The notes beneath the pieces are model-generated. The model had not been told where the DNA came from. It did not search any database and saw nothing but the letters and a program-made list of their open reading frames with translations. A stretch of DNA of 64,000 nucleotides. It comes from an uncultured Candidatus Micrarchaeota archaeon (lineage in GTDB: Archaea; Micrarchaeota; Micrarchaeia; Anstonellales; Bilamarchaeaceae). The stretch spans positions 1,472,001 to 1,536,000 of the forward strand of contig OY970229.1 of NCBI GenBank assembly GCA_963714085.1, in the 5' to 3' direction. Shown here in pieces: positions 40,185-48,800 of this stretch. The translations under genes and the position numbers were made by a program. Every line of letters starts with the position of its first letter. Position 1 is the first letter of the stretch.

Positions 40185-40388
40185 TGCGCCAGGGAACGCC
40201 CGAGTCCGATCCCTGTAAGCGGGCGCCGCCCCTTACTTACACAAAAAACAACTCTTTATAAACGTTTATAACATAAATAGGATAACAGAAGGGGCGGCAA
40301 CGGGCTCCAAAAATTTCATGAATCCAGTCTCGGATATCGAGGCATCCGCGCTCAGGCGCGGGAGAGGAGACCCAGGTAGTGCTGAAGG

Positions 40389-41327
40389 ATGACGAGGTAC
40401 TCGTTCATGACCAGACTAAAGAGGCGCAAAGTGGGGCGGCCCGGAACCGGGAAGCGCGCAGCGCCAGCCGCCGAGTTCGCCAAGGCCGGCGGGCCCCTGC
40501 TGGCAACCCCGACCAGGGAAGGGATACGGAAGATATTGACGGAAAACCGGGCCCCCATGGACATCATCGTGCAGATGGCCAGGGGTTCCAAGGAAACGAT
40601 CCGCATACTCGGGGAGCTGGCCTCGGATCCTCATGGAACAGTAAGGGACCGCGCAGCGATGGCGATACTGGGGCTTGCGGACGCCTGCGGGGACGTCCCG
40701 GGGCTTTTATCCAATCTAGTCATCGCGGCCTTGGACAAGGAGGCCGAACCGGGCGCCGCGCATTCGCTGGGTCCCATACTCCTGCTCGGCCTGCCCATAC
40801 TCGGCATGGAGCTCACGCGGGGCGAGACCGAGGCGCGCATCGCCGCAGCCAGGGCCATTGGCGTCGCGGCATCGTGCGGCCATAACATGGTGCTGCTAAC
40901 GCCCGCGCTGACGGGCGGGATTTCGGACGCCGACGCGCGCGTGCAGAAGGAGTCCATCGCAGCGCTGGGGAAGATGGAGGCCGCCGGGCAGGAAATAAAG
41001 TTCAGCGTGCCATTTCTGCTGCTGGCCTCGACCATGGACGAAAGTCCCATCAGGGCCGGGGCCATCGAGCTTGTCCGAAGGCCCGGCATATCCGGAAAGC
41101 TATCCAGGATACTGTGCGAATCCAGCGAGATATTCATGGAGCACCTGGACGATCACCAGTCCAGGATACAAGCCGCCACCGTAATCAGCGCAGTCATGAG
41201 GTCGGAACCGTTCCTGGAAGGGGTAGGACGGCAGGACTCGGGATATCTTGATGCCAGGACCGCGCTCGGAGGGGTGCTGGCAGAGATAGAGCGCCTCGAG
41301 GAGGCCGACGCCACTCCGAAGTCCTGA
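40389..41327 (+). CDS. HEAT-repeat protein
   Basis: LASDPHGTVRDRAAMAI, ISDADARVQKESIAALG. Confidence 0.7.
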   Translation: MTRYSFMTRLKRRKVGRPGTGKRAAPAAEFAKAGGPLLATPTREGIRKILTENRAPMDIIVQMARGSKETIRILGELASDPHGTVRDRAAMAILGLADACGDVPGLLSNLVIAALDKEAEPGAAHSLGPILLLGLPILGMELTRGETEARIAAARAIGVAASCGHNMVLLTPALTGGISDADARVQKESIAALGKMEAAGQEIKFSVPFLLLASTMDESPIRAGAIELVRRPGISGKLSRILCESSEIFMEHLDDHQSRIQAATVISAVMRSEPFLEGVGRQDSGYLDARTALGGVLAEIERLEEADATPKS

Positions 41328-41396
41328 AATACCTGAAAATCCATTAAAAGTAACATTTAAATACTAGTTCTGCGTAATATGTACAGGTGAAATCCC

Positions 41397-42032
41397 ATGC
41401 AATCCACTCTAACCCAGACCCCGGTCGGTACGAAGGCCCGGCCGCCCGTGTCCACGAAGGCCCCGGCGCTCGATGCCGTTCCAGTCAAGCGTAGCCTGCT
41501 CACTGCCGTCAGCAACATGTCCGATAACGGGCAGATGGAGAATATCGGCAAGGACGGCATGAAGCAACTGCTGCTCCAGTGCGAGACCATCACCGACTAT
41601 TGCTATCTCATACGCGTGATAAACCGCTATCCGAAAGCGGTGAAAGCCGCCGAGGCGCTGGCTTCCGACCCCGCGGTCTTCCTGCGTGCCGCGCGAATCA
41701 TAGAAGCCGGGGTTGACACGCACGATATCCATGACCTGGTGCCCCTGCTCGTCGAAGCCGCGATGGGGGACAACGTCCCCGCGGAGGTCCAGCTCGCGGT
41801 TGAGAGGGCGATCAGAGCTTACTCTCCGATATGCAGCTATGTCCAGGATCCACAAGACACATTGTTCAGCAAGGTCGCCGACCCGGCGCTAGCGGGCCAT
41901 GTTGATGCTCTCATAGATGCGGACACGGCGTTCGGCACGACCATCAGCGCAGAAGCATCGAGAATCCTCGCCCAGCGCACCGGTTACATCCTCGTGCCCG
42001 CGGGCGAATCCAAGCCGGCCGCCAGCGAGTAA
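41397..42032 (+). CDS. Hypothetical helical protein
   Basis: AGGTGA RBS and TATA-like tttaaata upstream. Confidence 0.6.
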   Translation: MQSTLTQTPVGTKARPPVSTKAPALDAVPVKRSLLTAVSNMSDNGQMENIGKDGMKQLLLQCETITDYCYLIRVINRYPKAVKAAEALASDPAVFLRAARIIEAGVDTHDIHDLVPLLVEAAMGDNVPAEVQLAVERAIRAYSPICSYVQDPQDTLFSKVADPALAGHVDALIDADTAFGTTISAEASRILAQRTGYILVPAGESKPAASE

Positions 42033-42125
42033 AACCGGCCGTTCTCCTATTTTTCCTACGTTTTAGTTCCCTGCAGCCACAAGAAGGTTTAATTATGTTC
42101 ACCCAGCATATGCATAACTGATAGG

Positions 42126-43049
42126 ATGGTGGATGCCGGGGTCAGGAAGCAGCTGGTTCGCATGCGAAAAGGTGACCAGCTGGCAATCGGATTCCAGAAA
42201 CTGAGATACCCCGGCGACCCGATTGTCGAGCAGGTCCGAGGGCTGGGCAAGGCGCCGGGCCTGAAGCTGGATTCCGCGTTTGAGATAAACAACAGCCACG
42301 GTGACGGAACCCGGTTCGATTACCGCACCGGGAAGACCAGCAGATGTCCGGACGCCCGCGCGAGGGGCAGCCTGGTCCTGTTGACATGCACCGCGGACGC
42401 GGAGAGCCCCGCGCAACTGCTTACGCCGCTTTACGATTTCTGCGAGGCCCTGGACAAGCCGCCGCACATATGGTTCCATTCCAGGACCGCGGCCCCGCAC
42501 TGGTCCTTCACTATATCCGAAGCGCGGGTCAGGGCCGTGGAACTGGCAGCCATTGTCCCCAGATGCTCGGGCCTTGAAGGGAGGTATTATATCGACTCCC
42601 AGAAGCTGCTCCAGGCCATCGAGAGGCTCACGGTGCCGCCCGATAAAGGCGGGAACCTGGATATCTGGGGCATGATCAGGGTGGACGCGTTCCACATATA
42701 CGACAAGAGGCCGAAGCCAGGAGGTCCTCAGGATTGGGAAACCGTGCTGCGCCAGATGCGTTTGGATTGGGCGCTCGCGCAGCGCAAGATGGTCTCCCGT
42801 ATAATCAGCGACATGAAGATGGACGAGATGTACTTCATAATGTCCGGGGGGCTGGAGGGCGACAGGCTCCGCGAGCCGCTCGACGATCTCGCAAGGAGAA
42901 AGGTCTACGCCGCGGTTCTGAGGGACCTGAAGGGCGACGACAGCATCCACATAACGACCGAAAACCACCTTTCCATGGAGGGCTACGTCCATAGCGTCCT
43001 CACGTACCCCTCGACCAATGCGCCTGCACGGGACAGACTCGCCTCGTGA
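42126..43049 (+). CDS. Hypothetical protein
   Basis: 307-aa ORF. Confidence 0.55.
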   Translation: MVDAGVRKQLVRMRKGDQLAIGFQKLRYPGDPIVEQVRGLGKAPGLKLDSAFEINNSHGDGTRFDYRTGKTSRCPDARARGSLVLLTCTADAESPAQLLTPLYDFCEALDKPPHIWFHSRTAAPHWSFTISEARVRAVELAAIVPRCSGLEGRYYIDSQKLLQAIERLTVPPDKGGNLDIWGMIRVDAFHIYDKRPKPGGPQDWETVLRQMRLDWALAQRKMVSRIISDMKMDEMYFIMSGGLEGDRLREPLDDLARRKVYAAVLRDLKGDDSIHITTENHLSMEGYVHSVLTYPSTNAPARDRLAS

Positions 43050-43095
43050 AGCAAAAAAAATAAAAAAAAGAGAGGATGGCCGCCTTGCCCGTTCC

Positions 43096-43215
43096 TTAGA
43101 ACACCGCGAGCCGCGGCATCAGTGCGAGCTCGAGCAGCCCGGGTCTCCTGGGCGGTATGCCCATCACCCGTCTTATGGTCTCGACGTCGAGCCCCAGATC
43201 CTTCAACTCATTCAT
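43096..43215 (-). CDS. Small ORF (39 aa)
   Basis: GGTGA RBS, followed by T-rich terminator. Confidence 0.5.
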   Translation of the reverse strand: MNELKDLGLDVETIRRVMGIPPRRPGLLELALMPRLAVF

Positions 43216-43355
43216 ATGATCACCAATTTTTGGATGCGATAATACGCACCCGCAAAACCTTCCCGGAAGACAGCCCTTCCGGTAGCATCGGATTCGGTCA
43301 ACGAAGGTACCGGAATCACACGACCGGGACGAACCCGGCCCTTCTTTCCCTTCAA

Positions 43356-43466
43356 TCAGGCGGCCACGTTCGGGCAGCCGTCGTGATAAGCGGTCGAGGT
43401 CGGCCACTTGGCGAACTCCCCAATCAGCATCCTTACGACACTTTCGTACTTCATCGTCATTTCCAT
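43356..43466 (-). CDS. Small ORF (36 aa)
   Basis: GGAGGTG RBS, MEMTMKYESVVRMLIGEFAKWPTSTAYHDGCPNVAA. Confidence 0.45.
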   Translation of the reverse strand: MEMTMKYESVVRMLIGEFAKWPTSTAYHDGCPNVAA

Positions 43467-43557
43467 GGCACGCACCTCCGTTTTAGTGATGGAAGGAGCG
43501 CGAATCCGAGGTTTATAAATGCTTGTCACAGAAATGGTCTAGGAGAGGCTGGTAACA

Positions 43558-45249
43558 ATGTCGGAGCTTGACACGGTCATACGCAAGCATGCGCTCAAGA
43601 ACGCGTTCGATTTCGGGAAGGCCAACCCGGGTTCGGTCGCAGGCAAGGTCATCGCTGAATGGCCTGACGCGAAGAATGACATGAAGGGCATCATGAAGAA
43701 GATCGCGGAGTCGGTCGCGCTCGTGAACAAGATGAAGAAACCGGAGATAGAGGCCGAGCTCTCCAGGTACGAATTCGTGGAAAAGCCCAAAGAAGAGAAA
43801 AAAGAGATCGAGGTCGAAGGCGCGGAGATGGGCAAGGTCGTGGTGCGCTACGCCCCTGAGCCCAACGGCTGGCCCCACATCGGCCACGCGAAGGCATTCT
43901 CCATCGCGAACGCCATCGGCAAGAGATACGAAGGGAAGATAATCCTCAGGTGGGACGACACGAACCCCGAGGCGGAAAAAGCCGAGTTCGTGGACGCCAT
44001 CCGGGACGGGATAAAATGGCTCGGCCTGGAATGGGGCGAGGAGAAATACTGCAGCGACTACATGCAGGACATGTACAAGCTCTGCGAGAAGCTGCTCAAA
44101 GACGGCAACGGCTATGCATGCACGTGCACCCAGGACCAGGTGTCCAAGGCGCGCGAATCGACGAAGCGCTGCGCCTGCGGCTCGGAACCCCCGGCCAAGA
44201 GCCTCGAGATGTGGAAGGGCATGCTCGACGGCTCGGTGAAGGAGGGCGGCGCGACCATCCGTTTGAAGGGGGACATGGCTGCGCAGAACACCGTGATGCG
44301 CGACCCCACGATGTTCAGGATAATCACCGCGACGCACTTCAGGCAGAAGGACAAGTACCGCGTCTGGCCGACCTACGACTTCCAGGGCGCGGTGATGGAC
44401 TCGCTTTTGGGCATCACGCACCCCATACGCTCGAAGGAATACGAGCTGCGGGACGAGCTCTACATCTTCCTTTTAAACAAGCTCGGTCTTCGCGTACCGA
44501 AGATGCTCACGATCTCGAGGCTGCAGATCAAGAACGCGCCGATAAGCAAGCGCCTGTTACGTCCTCTGGTGGAGACAGGCAAGCTCATGGGCTGGGACGA
44601 CCCGAGGCTTCCTACGCTGGCGGGCCTCAAGCGCAGGGGCATACTGCCCGAGGCGATACGAACTTTCGTTCTCTCGTTCGGGTTATCCAAGGTCGAGAGC
44701 GAGCCGGACTGGGAGGCGCTCCTCGTGGAGAACCGCAAGCTGCTCGATCCGGTGGCGGACAGGTACTTCTTCGTGGCCGACCCCGTGGAGCTGGAAGTGG
44801 AGGACGCGCCCGAGGAGACCGTTAAACTGCGTTTGCACCCGAAGCTGGAGCACGGGTTCCGCGAGATAGAGACGAGCGACACGTTCTACATAAGCAGGGC
44901 GGACGCGGACACGCTGGAGAAGGACGAGGTGTTCAGGCTCAAGGACCTCTTCAACGTGGAAGTCTCCGAGACCGGGAAGACGCTCGAGGGGAGCTACGCG
45001 GGCGACGAGAAGGTCGGGAAGAAGTTCCAGTGGGTGAGCGATGCGCGCATCGATTGCGAAATCCTCGTCCCGCAGGACCTTCTGAAGGACGGCGAGTTCA
45101 ACCCCGAAAGTTTGAAGGTCATGAACGGTTTCTGCGAGAGGAACTGCGCGAAGCTCAAAGAGGGCACGCTCATCCAGTTCGAGAGGTTCGGCTTCGTGCG
45201 GCTGGACAAAAAAGATAAGGAGAAGCTGACGTTCGTCTTCGCATGCTGA
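43558..45249 (+). CDS. gltX: Glutamyl-tRNA synthetase (archaeal type)
   Basis: RYAPEPNGWPHIGH, RWDDTNP, WDDPRLPT, QFERFGF. Confidence 0.95.
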   Translation: MSELDTVIRKHALKNAFDFGKANPGSVAGKVIAEWPDAKNDMKGIMKKIAESVALVNKMKKPEIEAELSRYEFVEKPKEEKKEIEVEGAEMGKVVVRYAPEPNGWPHIGHAKAFSIANAIGKRYEGKIILRWDDTNPEAEKAEFVDAIRDGIKWLGLEWGEEKYCSDYMQDMYKLCEKLLKDGNGYACTCTQDQVSKARESTKRCACGSEPPAKSLEMWKGMLDGSVKEGGATIRLKGDMAAQNTVMRDPTMFRIITATHFRQKDKYRVWPTYDFQGAVMDSLLGITHPIRSKEYELRDELYIFLLNKLGLRVPKMLTISRLQIKNAPISKRLLRPLVETGKLMGWDDPRLPTLAGLKRRGILPEAIRTFVLSFGLSKVESEPDWEALLVENRKLLDPVADRYFFVADPVELEVEDAPEETVKLRLHPKLEHGFREIETSDTFYISRADADTLEKDEVFRLKDLFNVEVSETGKTLEGSYAGDEKVGKKFQWVSDARIDCEILVPQDLLKDGEFNPESLKVMNGFCERNCAKLKEGTLIQFERFGFVRLDKKDKEKLTFVFAC

Positions 45250-45259
45250 GGCTGGTGCT

Positions 45260-45826
45260 ATGCTCACAGAATCGCAGAGGGAGAAGATATCCGAGTTCGC
45301 CAGGGAGCGCGTCTCAAAGAACGACTCGTTCCACGACATGGAGCACGTGATGAGGACCGCGGACGCCACGGTGCTCCTCTCCGTGGCAGAGCGCGCGGAC
45401 CAGGAGATATGCTGGACCGCGGCCATGCTGCACGACATCTGCAAGAGCGAGCCCGGGGACCATGCGGAATCCGGCGCCAAGCTCGCGGAGAAGTTCCTCT
45501 CAAGCATCGGCGTGGGCAGGGAGTTCACCTCCCGCGTGAGGGACGCCATCCGCTTCCACAACAAGGACTTCGACAGCACGGCCCCGATAGAGCAGCAGGT
45601 GCTCTGGGACTCGGACAAGCTCTGCAACATGACCCCGGACGGCTTCCGCAAGCGGATGCTCCCCTACTGGGTGATGAAGAAGGGGAGGAAGGAGGGCATA
45701 GAGGCCGCGGTGGCGGAGTACTATTTCTTCAAGGCCCGGTTCCACACGAAGGCCGGCATGAAGGAGGTCGGCAGGCACTCCGCGGAGATGGAGCGCTATA
45801 TGGCAGAGCTCAAAAGCGAAGCATAA
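45260..45826 (+). CDS. HD-domain hydrolase
   Basis: HDMEHVMR, MLHDI, DSDKL. Confidence 0.88.
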   Translation: MLTESQREKISEFARERVSKNDSFHDMEHVMRTADATVLLSVAERADQEICWTAAMLHDICKSEPGDHAESGAKLAEKFLSSIGVGREFTSRVRDAIRFHNKDFDSTAPIEQQVLWDSDKLCNMTPDGFRKRMLPYWVMKKGRKEGIEAAVAEYYFFKARFHTKAGMKEVGRHSAEMERYMAELKSEA

Positions 45827-45863
45827 AATAGCTTCAGGGTATCTATAATGCAGGTGTTTTGGC

Positions 45864-46394
45864 ATGGATTTCAAGAAGGCTCTCGGTTCGGCGAAGATGA
45901 TAATCGTGATCTCACTGGTCTTCAACCTGGTGATGATCTGCATAGGGGTGGTGCTCGGCATCCTCGGATTCGGGGCCTCGGCCGCGGCGAGCCAGATCGG
46001 ACTCGTGGCCAGCCTGGGAGGCGCCACGTTAATCACGATCGTGAGCTGGGGGGTTAAGGCAATCGTATTCCTGGGCAACATCGCGATAATCGTCTACGGA
46101 GGGCACCGCGCAGCGAAACGGGGCAACGACCTCATGACCTGCGGCATGGTGGGGCTCGTCACCTACGCGCTGGTCGGCCTCTTCTGCGGCGTGATAAACC
46201 TCGTGCTCGGGTTCTTCGGGATCGGAGCGGCCCTGATCACCAGCGGCAGCGCCATGACCGGCCTCTTCAGCGGCCTTCTGGGCGCCGCGAGCCTCGGGAT
46301 GGGGCTCGTGTGCGGCGTGATCTGGTACGTCCTCGGCCTGGTCACGAACTTCCTCGTAGCGCTGGCAGGCGGTATGATAGGCGGCGCGAAGTAG
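45864..46394 (+). CDS. Four-TM membrane protein, paralog 1
   Basis: Hydrophobic helices; MDFKKAL...AAKRGNDL. Confidence 0.7.
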   Translation: MDFKKALGSAKMIIVISLVFNLVMICIGVVLGILGFGASAAASQIGLVASLGGATLITIVSWGVKAIVFLGNIAIIVYGGHRAAKRGNDLMTCGMVGLVTYALVGLFCGVINLVLGFFGIGAALITSGSAMTGLFSGLLGAASLGMGLVCGVIWYVLGLVTNFLVALAGGMIGGAK

Positions 46395-46431
46395 GCTCCG
46401 GCTTTCCGGGTGCTCGCGGGGATCGTTTGGC

Positions 46432-46986
46432 ATGGGCTTCAGAAAGGCTCTTGAAGCGGCGAAGGCGACCATCCTGGTCTCGCTCCTGTTCAATCTGGTC
46501 ATGACGTGCCTCCAAACCGCGCTCAACGCCCCCCAGTCCGGCATCGTCCCATCCTCCGGTCCCACGCCGTTGGAAATCGCAAGCTGGATCCTGTCATTGG
46601 TGGTCTTCCTGGGGAACGTCCTCCTGATCGTTTATTGCGGATACCGCGCAGCGAAAAAAGGCAACGACCTCGCGACCTGCGGATTGGCCGGGCTCGTCAC
46701 CTACGGCGTCGTCTATCCTGTGATCTCCGCATTGCAGGTCGCGGTGGTCCTGTTCGAAGCCGGCGGGGTAGGGCCCTTGATGGACAGCCTGGCCAGCGCG
46801 TCCGCGAGCGGCGTGCCTCCGGGCATGGCGGGCCCGCTGTTCATCGTCGGCGTCATCGCCAGCATGGCGATCCTGTGGGCCGGCGGCATGGTCCTCAACT
46901 TCTTCGTCGCGCTGGCTGGAGGCGCGATAGGCGGCGCCAGGTATGCGGCGTCGTCTCCACGTCCCGGAACGCCGCAATCTTTATAA
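46432..46986 (+). CDS. Four-TM membrane protein, paralog 2
   Basis: MGFRKAL...AAKKGNDL. Confidence 0.7.
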   Translation: MGFRKALEAAKATILVSLLFNLVMTCLQTALNAPQSGIVPSSGPTPLEIASWILSLVVFLGNVLLIVYCGYRAAKKGNDLATCGLAGLVTYGVVYPVISALQVAVVLFEAGGVGPLMDSLASASASGVPPGMAGPLFIVGVIASMAILWAGGMVLNFFVALAGGAIGGARYAASSPRPGTPQSL

Positions 46987-47031
46987 TATTGCCCTGCCTA
47001 TTGTGACCAACCAGTATATCGAGGGGATAAC

Positions 47032-47811
47032 TTGAAATTGAAAACGCTGTCCGTCCTGTTGGTCCTCCTAGCCGTGGCATCCGCAACCGCTCCGACTTGG
47101 ATAGCGCCCGGAGTCAGCCTGAACTATACCTCCGGAACCACCTCGGTCTCGTTCGCGGTGACCAGCGCGACGAGCGGCAAGATAGGCATCTCGCTCACCA
47201 CCTCGCCGCCCCCGAATACGAATAATTTCGAAGAGAACGCCACTTTGACCTCGGGCCAGTTCTGGTTCGACCCCAACATGATATCCCATGCCTACCAGGG
47301 CGAACTGATCAACGGCTTCACCGTCACGAGCACCGGCCCGCAGTCATTCGCAGGCCAGTCCTGGAACACGGCGACGCTCAGGGGGATCGTGAGCGGCGCG
47401 GAGACCAGCTATACATACGACGAGCAGACCGGATTGCTGCTGGAACAGACCGTGGAGGCGTCCGGAGTGCCAAACGTCGTCCTGTCGCAGTATTACATCC
47501 CGGCCCTCGCGCCTCCGCCGCAGAACATCACGCCTCCGCCGCAGAACACCACGGTGCCTCCTGCTCCGCAGCCCAACGCCACCATCGCGCCCCCGCCCGT
47601 ACCGCCGGCCGTGAACACCACCGCGCAGGGCAATTCAACGGACAATTCTTCGGCCGTGCAGCCAACGGACAACTCGTCCCTGGTTCCATCTGGCGCGGGC
47701 GACCAGGGTTCGACGTCGAGCGACCAGTCCTCTTCGTCATCGCTCCCCTGCTGCCCGACCTCGTTCATACTGCTGCTCGCGGGATTCGTGGCGATCAAGG
47801 CCGCCAGATGA
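47032..47811 (+). CDS. Secreted surface protein with Pro-rich linker and C-terminal CCP+TM anchor
   Basis: Signal peptide, many NxT sequons, PCCPTSFILLLAGFVAIKAAR. Confidence 0.75.
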   Translation: MKLKTLSVLLVLLAVASATAPTWIAPGVSLNYTSGTTSVSFAVTSATSGKIGISLTTSPPPNTNNFEENATLTSGQFWFDPNMISHAYQGELINGFTVTSTGPQSFAGQSWNTATLRGIVSGAETSYTYDEQTGLLLEQTVEASGVPNVVLSQYYIPALAPPPQNITPPPQNTTVPPAPQPNATIAPPPVPPAVNTTAQGNSTDNSSAVQPTDNSSLVPSGAGDQGSTSSDQSSSSSLPCCPTSFILLLAGFVAIKAAR

Positions 47812-47869
47812 AAATGGGAAAAAGCTTCCGGCCGTGGTCTGGCGCGATTGAGCTACTCGTTTTTTTCTT

Positions 47870-48535
47870 TTACGGACTGGAGCATGCCCCTATCTCTTCT
47901 ATTGAAATCACCCTTCTCGGAGGAGGGCTTAACGCGCCGTTGTAAAACGACCTGTCAAACAGGGCTATCCTGCCGGCTGAAGGCAAACCCTCGCTATTTG
48001 CGAAACCGACTATCAATCTCTCGGCTTCAGCGGAAAAAGCGCGTGCTGGAAGCCTGTCTTCATCATCCGGCAGTATGTACGGGTTTTTCCTTCCTCCCAG
48101 GATGATCGACACGTGCGGCGCGACATGGGGATGAACGCGCGCTATCATCATTGGAAGTTCAAGCTGTTGTCGAATCTCTGGTGAAAATTCCCGGTAGTGC
48201 TTCAAAAAAGCGAATACGTCCGTTCCGTTTTTCATCGCTTCGCATACCATGTGGAAAAGTTGTTCTTTTACCCCACCCACCTCTTCTGTGCGGGCGAAAA
48301 AATCCCTGTTGAACGACTGTTGGCCTTTTCCTACGATATAGACGACCAATCTTTGATATACGTCTGGATCGCGGCCCGCCTCATTGCTTTGCCTTCGCAT
48401 CTCCCTCGTTTCCAGTTCTTCCGGAGGCTGAAGAGCATACCCTTTGGCCCTGGCCGTCTCGCTAAATTCATTGAATCTTTGCTCTACCGTCTTGCGCCCT
48501 GCTCCGTTTTTTGGCTGTATTTGTGTGCTTGCCAT
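47870..48535 (-). CDS. Hypothetical protein (lower GC)
   Basis: 221-aa ORF. Confidence 0.55.
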   Translation of the reverse strand: MASTQIQPKNGAGRKTVEQRFNEFSETARAKGYALQPPEELETREMRRQSNEAGRDPDVYQRLVVYIVGKGQQSFNRDFFARTEEVGGVKEQLFHMVCEAMKNGTDVFAFLKHYREFSPEIRQQLELPMMIARVHPHVAPHVSIILGGRKNPYILPDDEDRLPARAFSAEAERLIVGFANSEGLPSAGRIALFDRSFYNGALSPPPRRVISIEEIGACSSP

Positions 48536-48800
48536 AAGAGAATCCCTGTTCCATGCCGTGATTCTTTGCCAGGTACTATTGTGCTATGTCATACTTAAAA
48601 ATCTATCATTCATAACACAAGATGTTTAATATAAACGGTATTACATTTGTTTCTTCGCCCTCCCGCTCCACTCGCGCTCATAGTTTGTCTTTTTCTGGCA
48701 TCTTCATCCCGTCGATTCGCGCTCCGCCAGCGAATCCTTTTTATTGGTTGCCCCTGAAATAGCTTAACTCTTCTACTTATGCGCGGGTTCAGGTGACTCC

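Noticed and set aside
47505..47560. Short tandem repeat gcctccgccgcagaaca
   Set aside because: Encodes the PPPQNxT linker; not CRISPR
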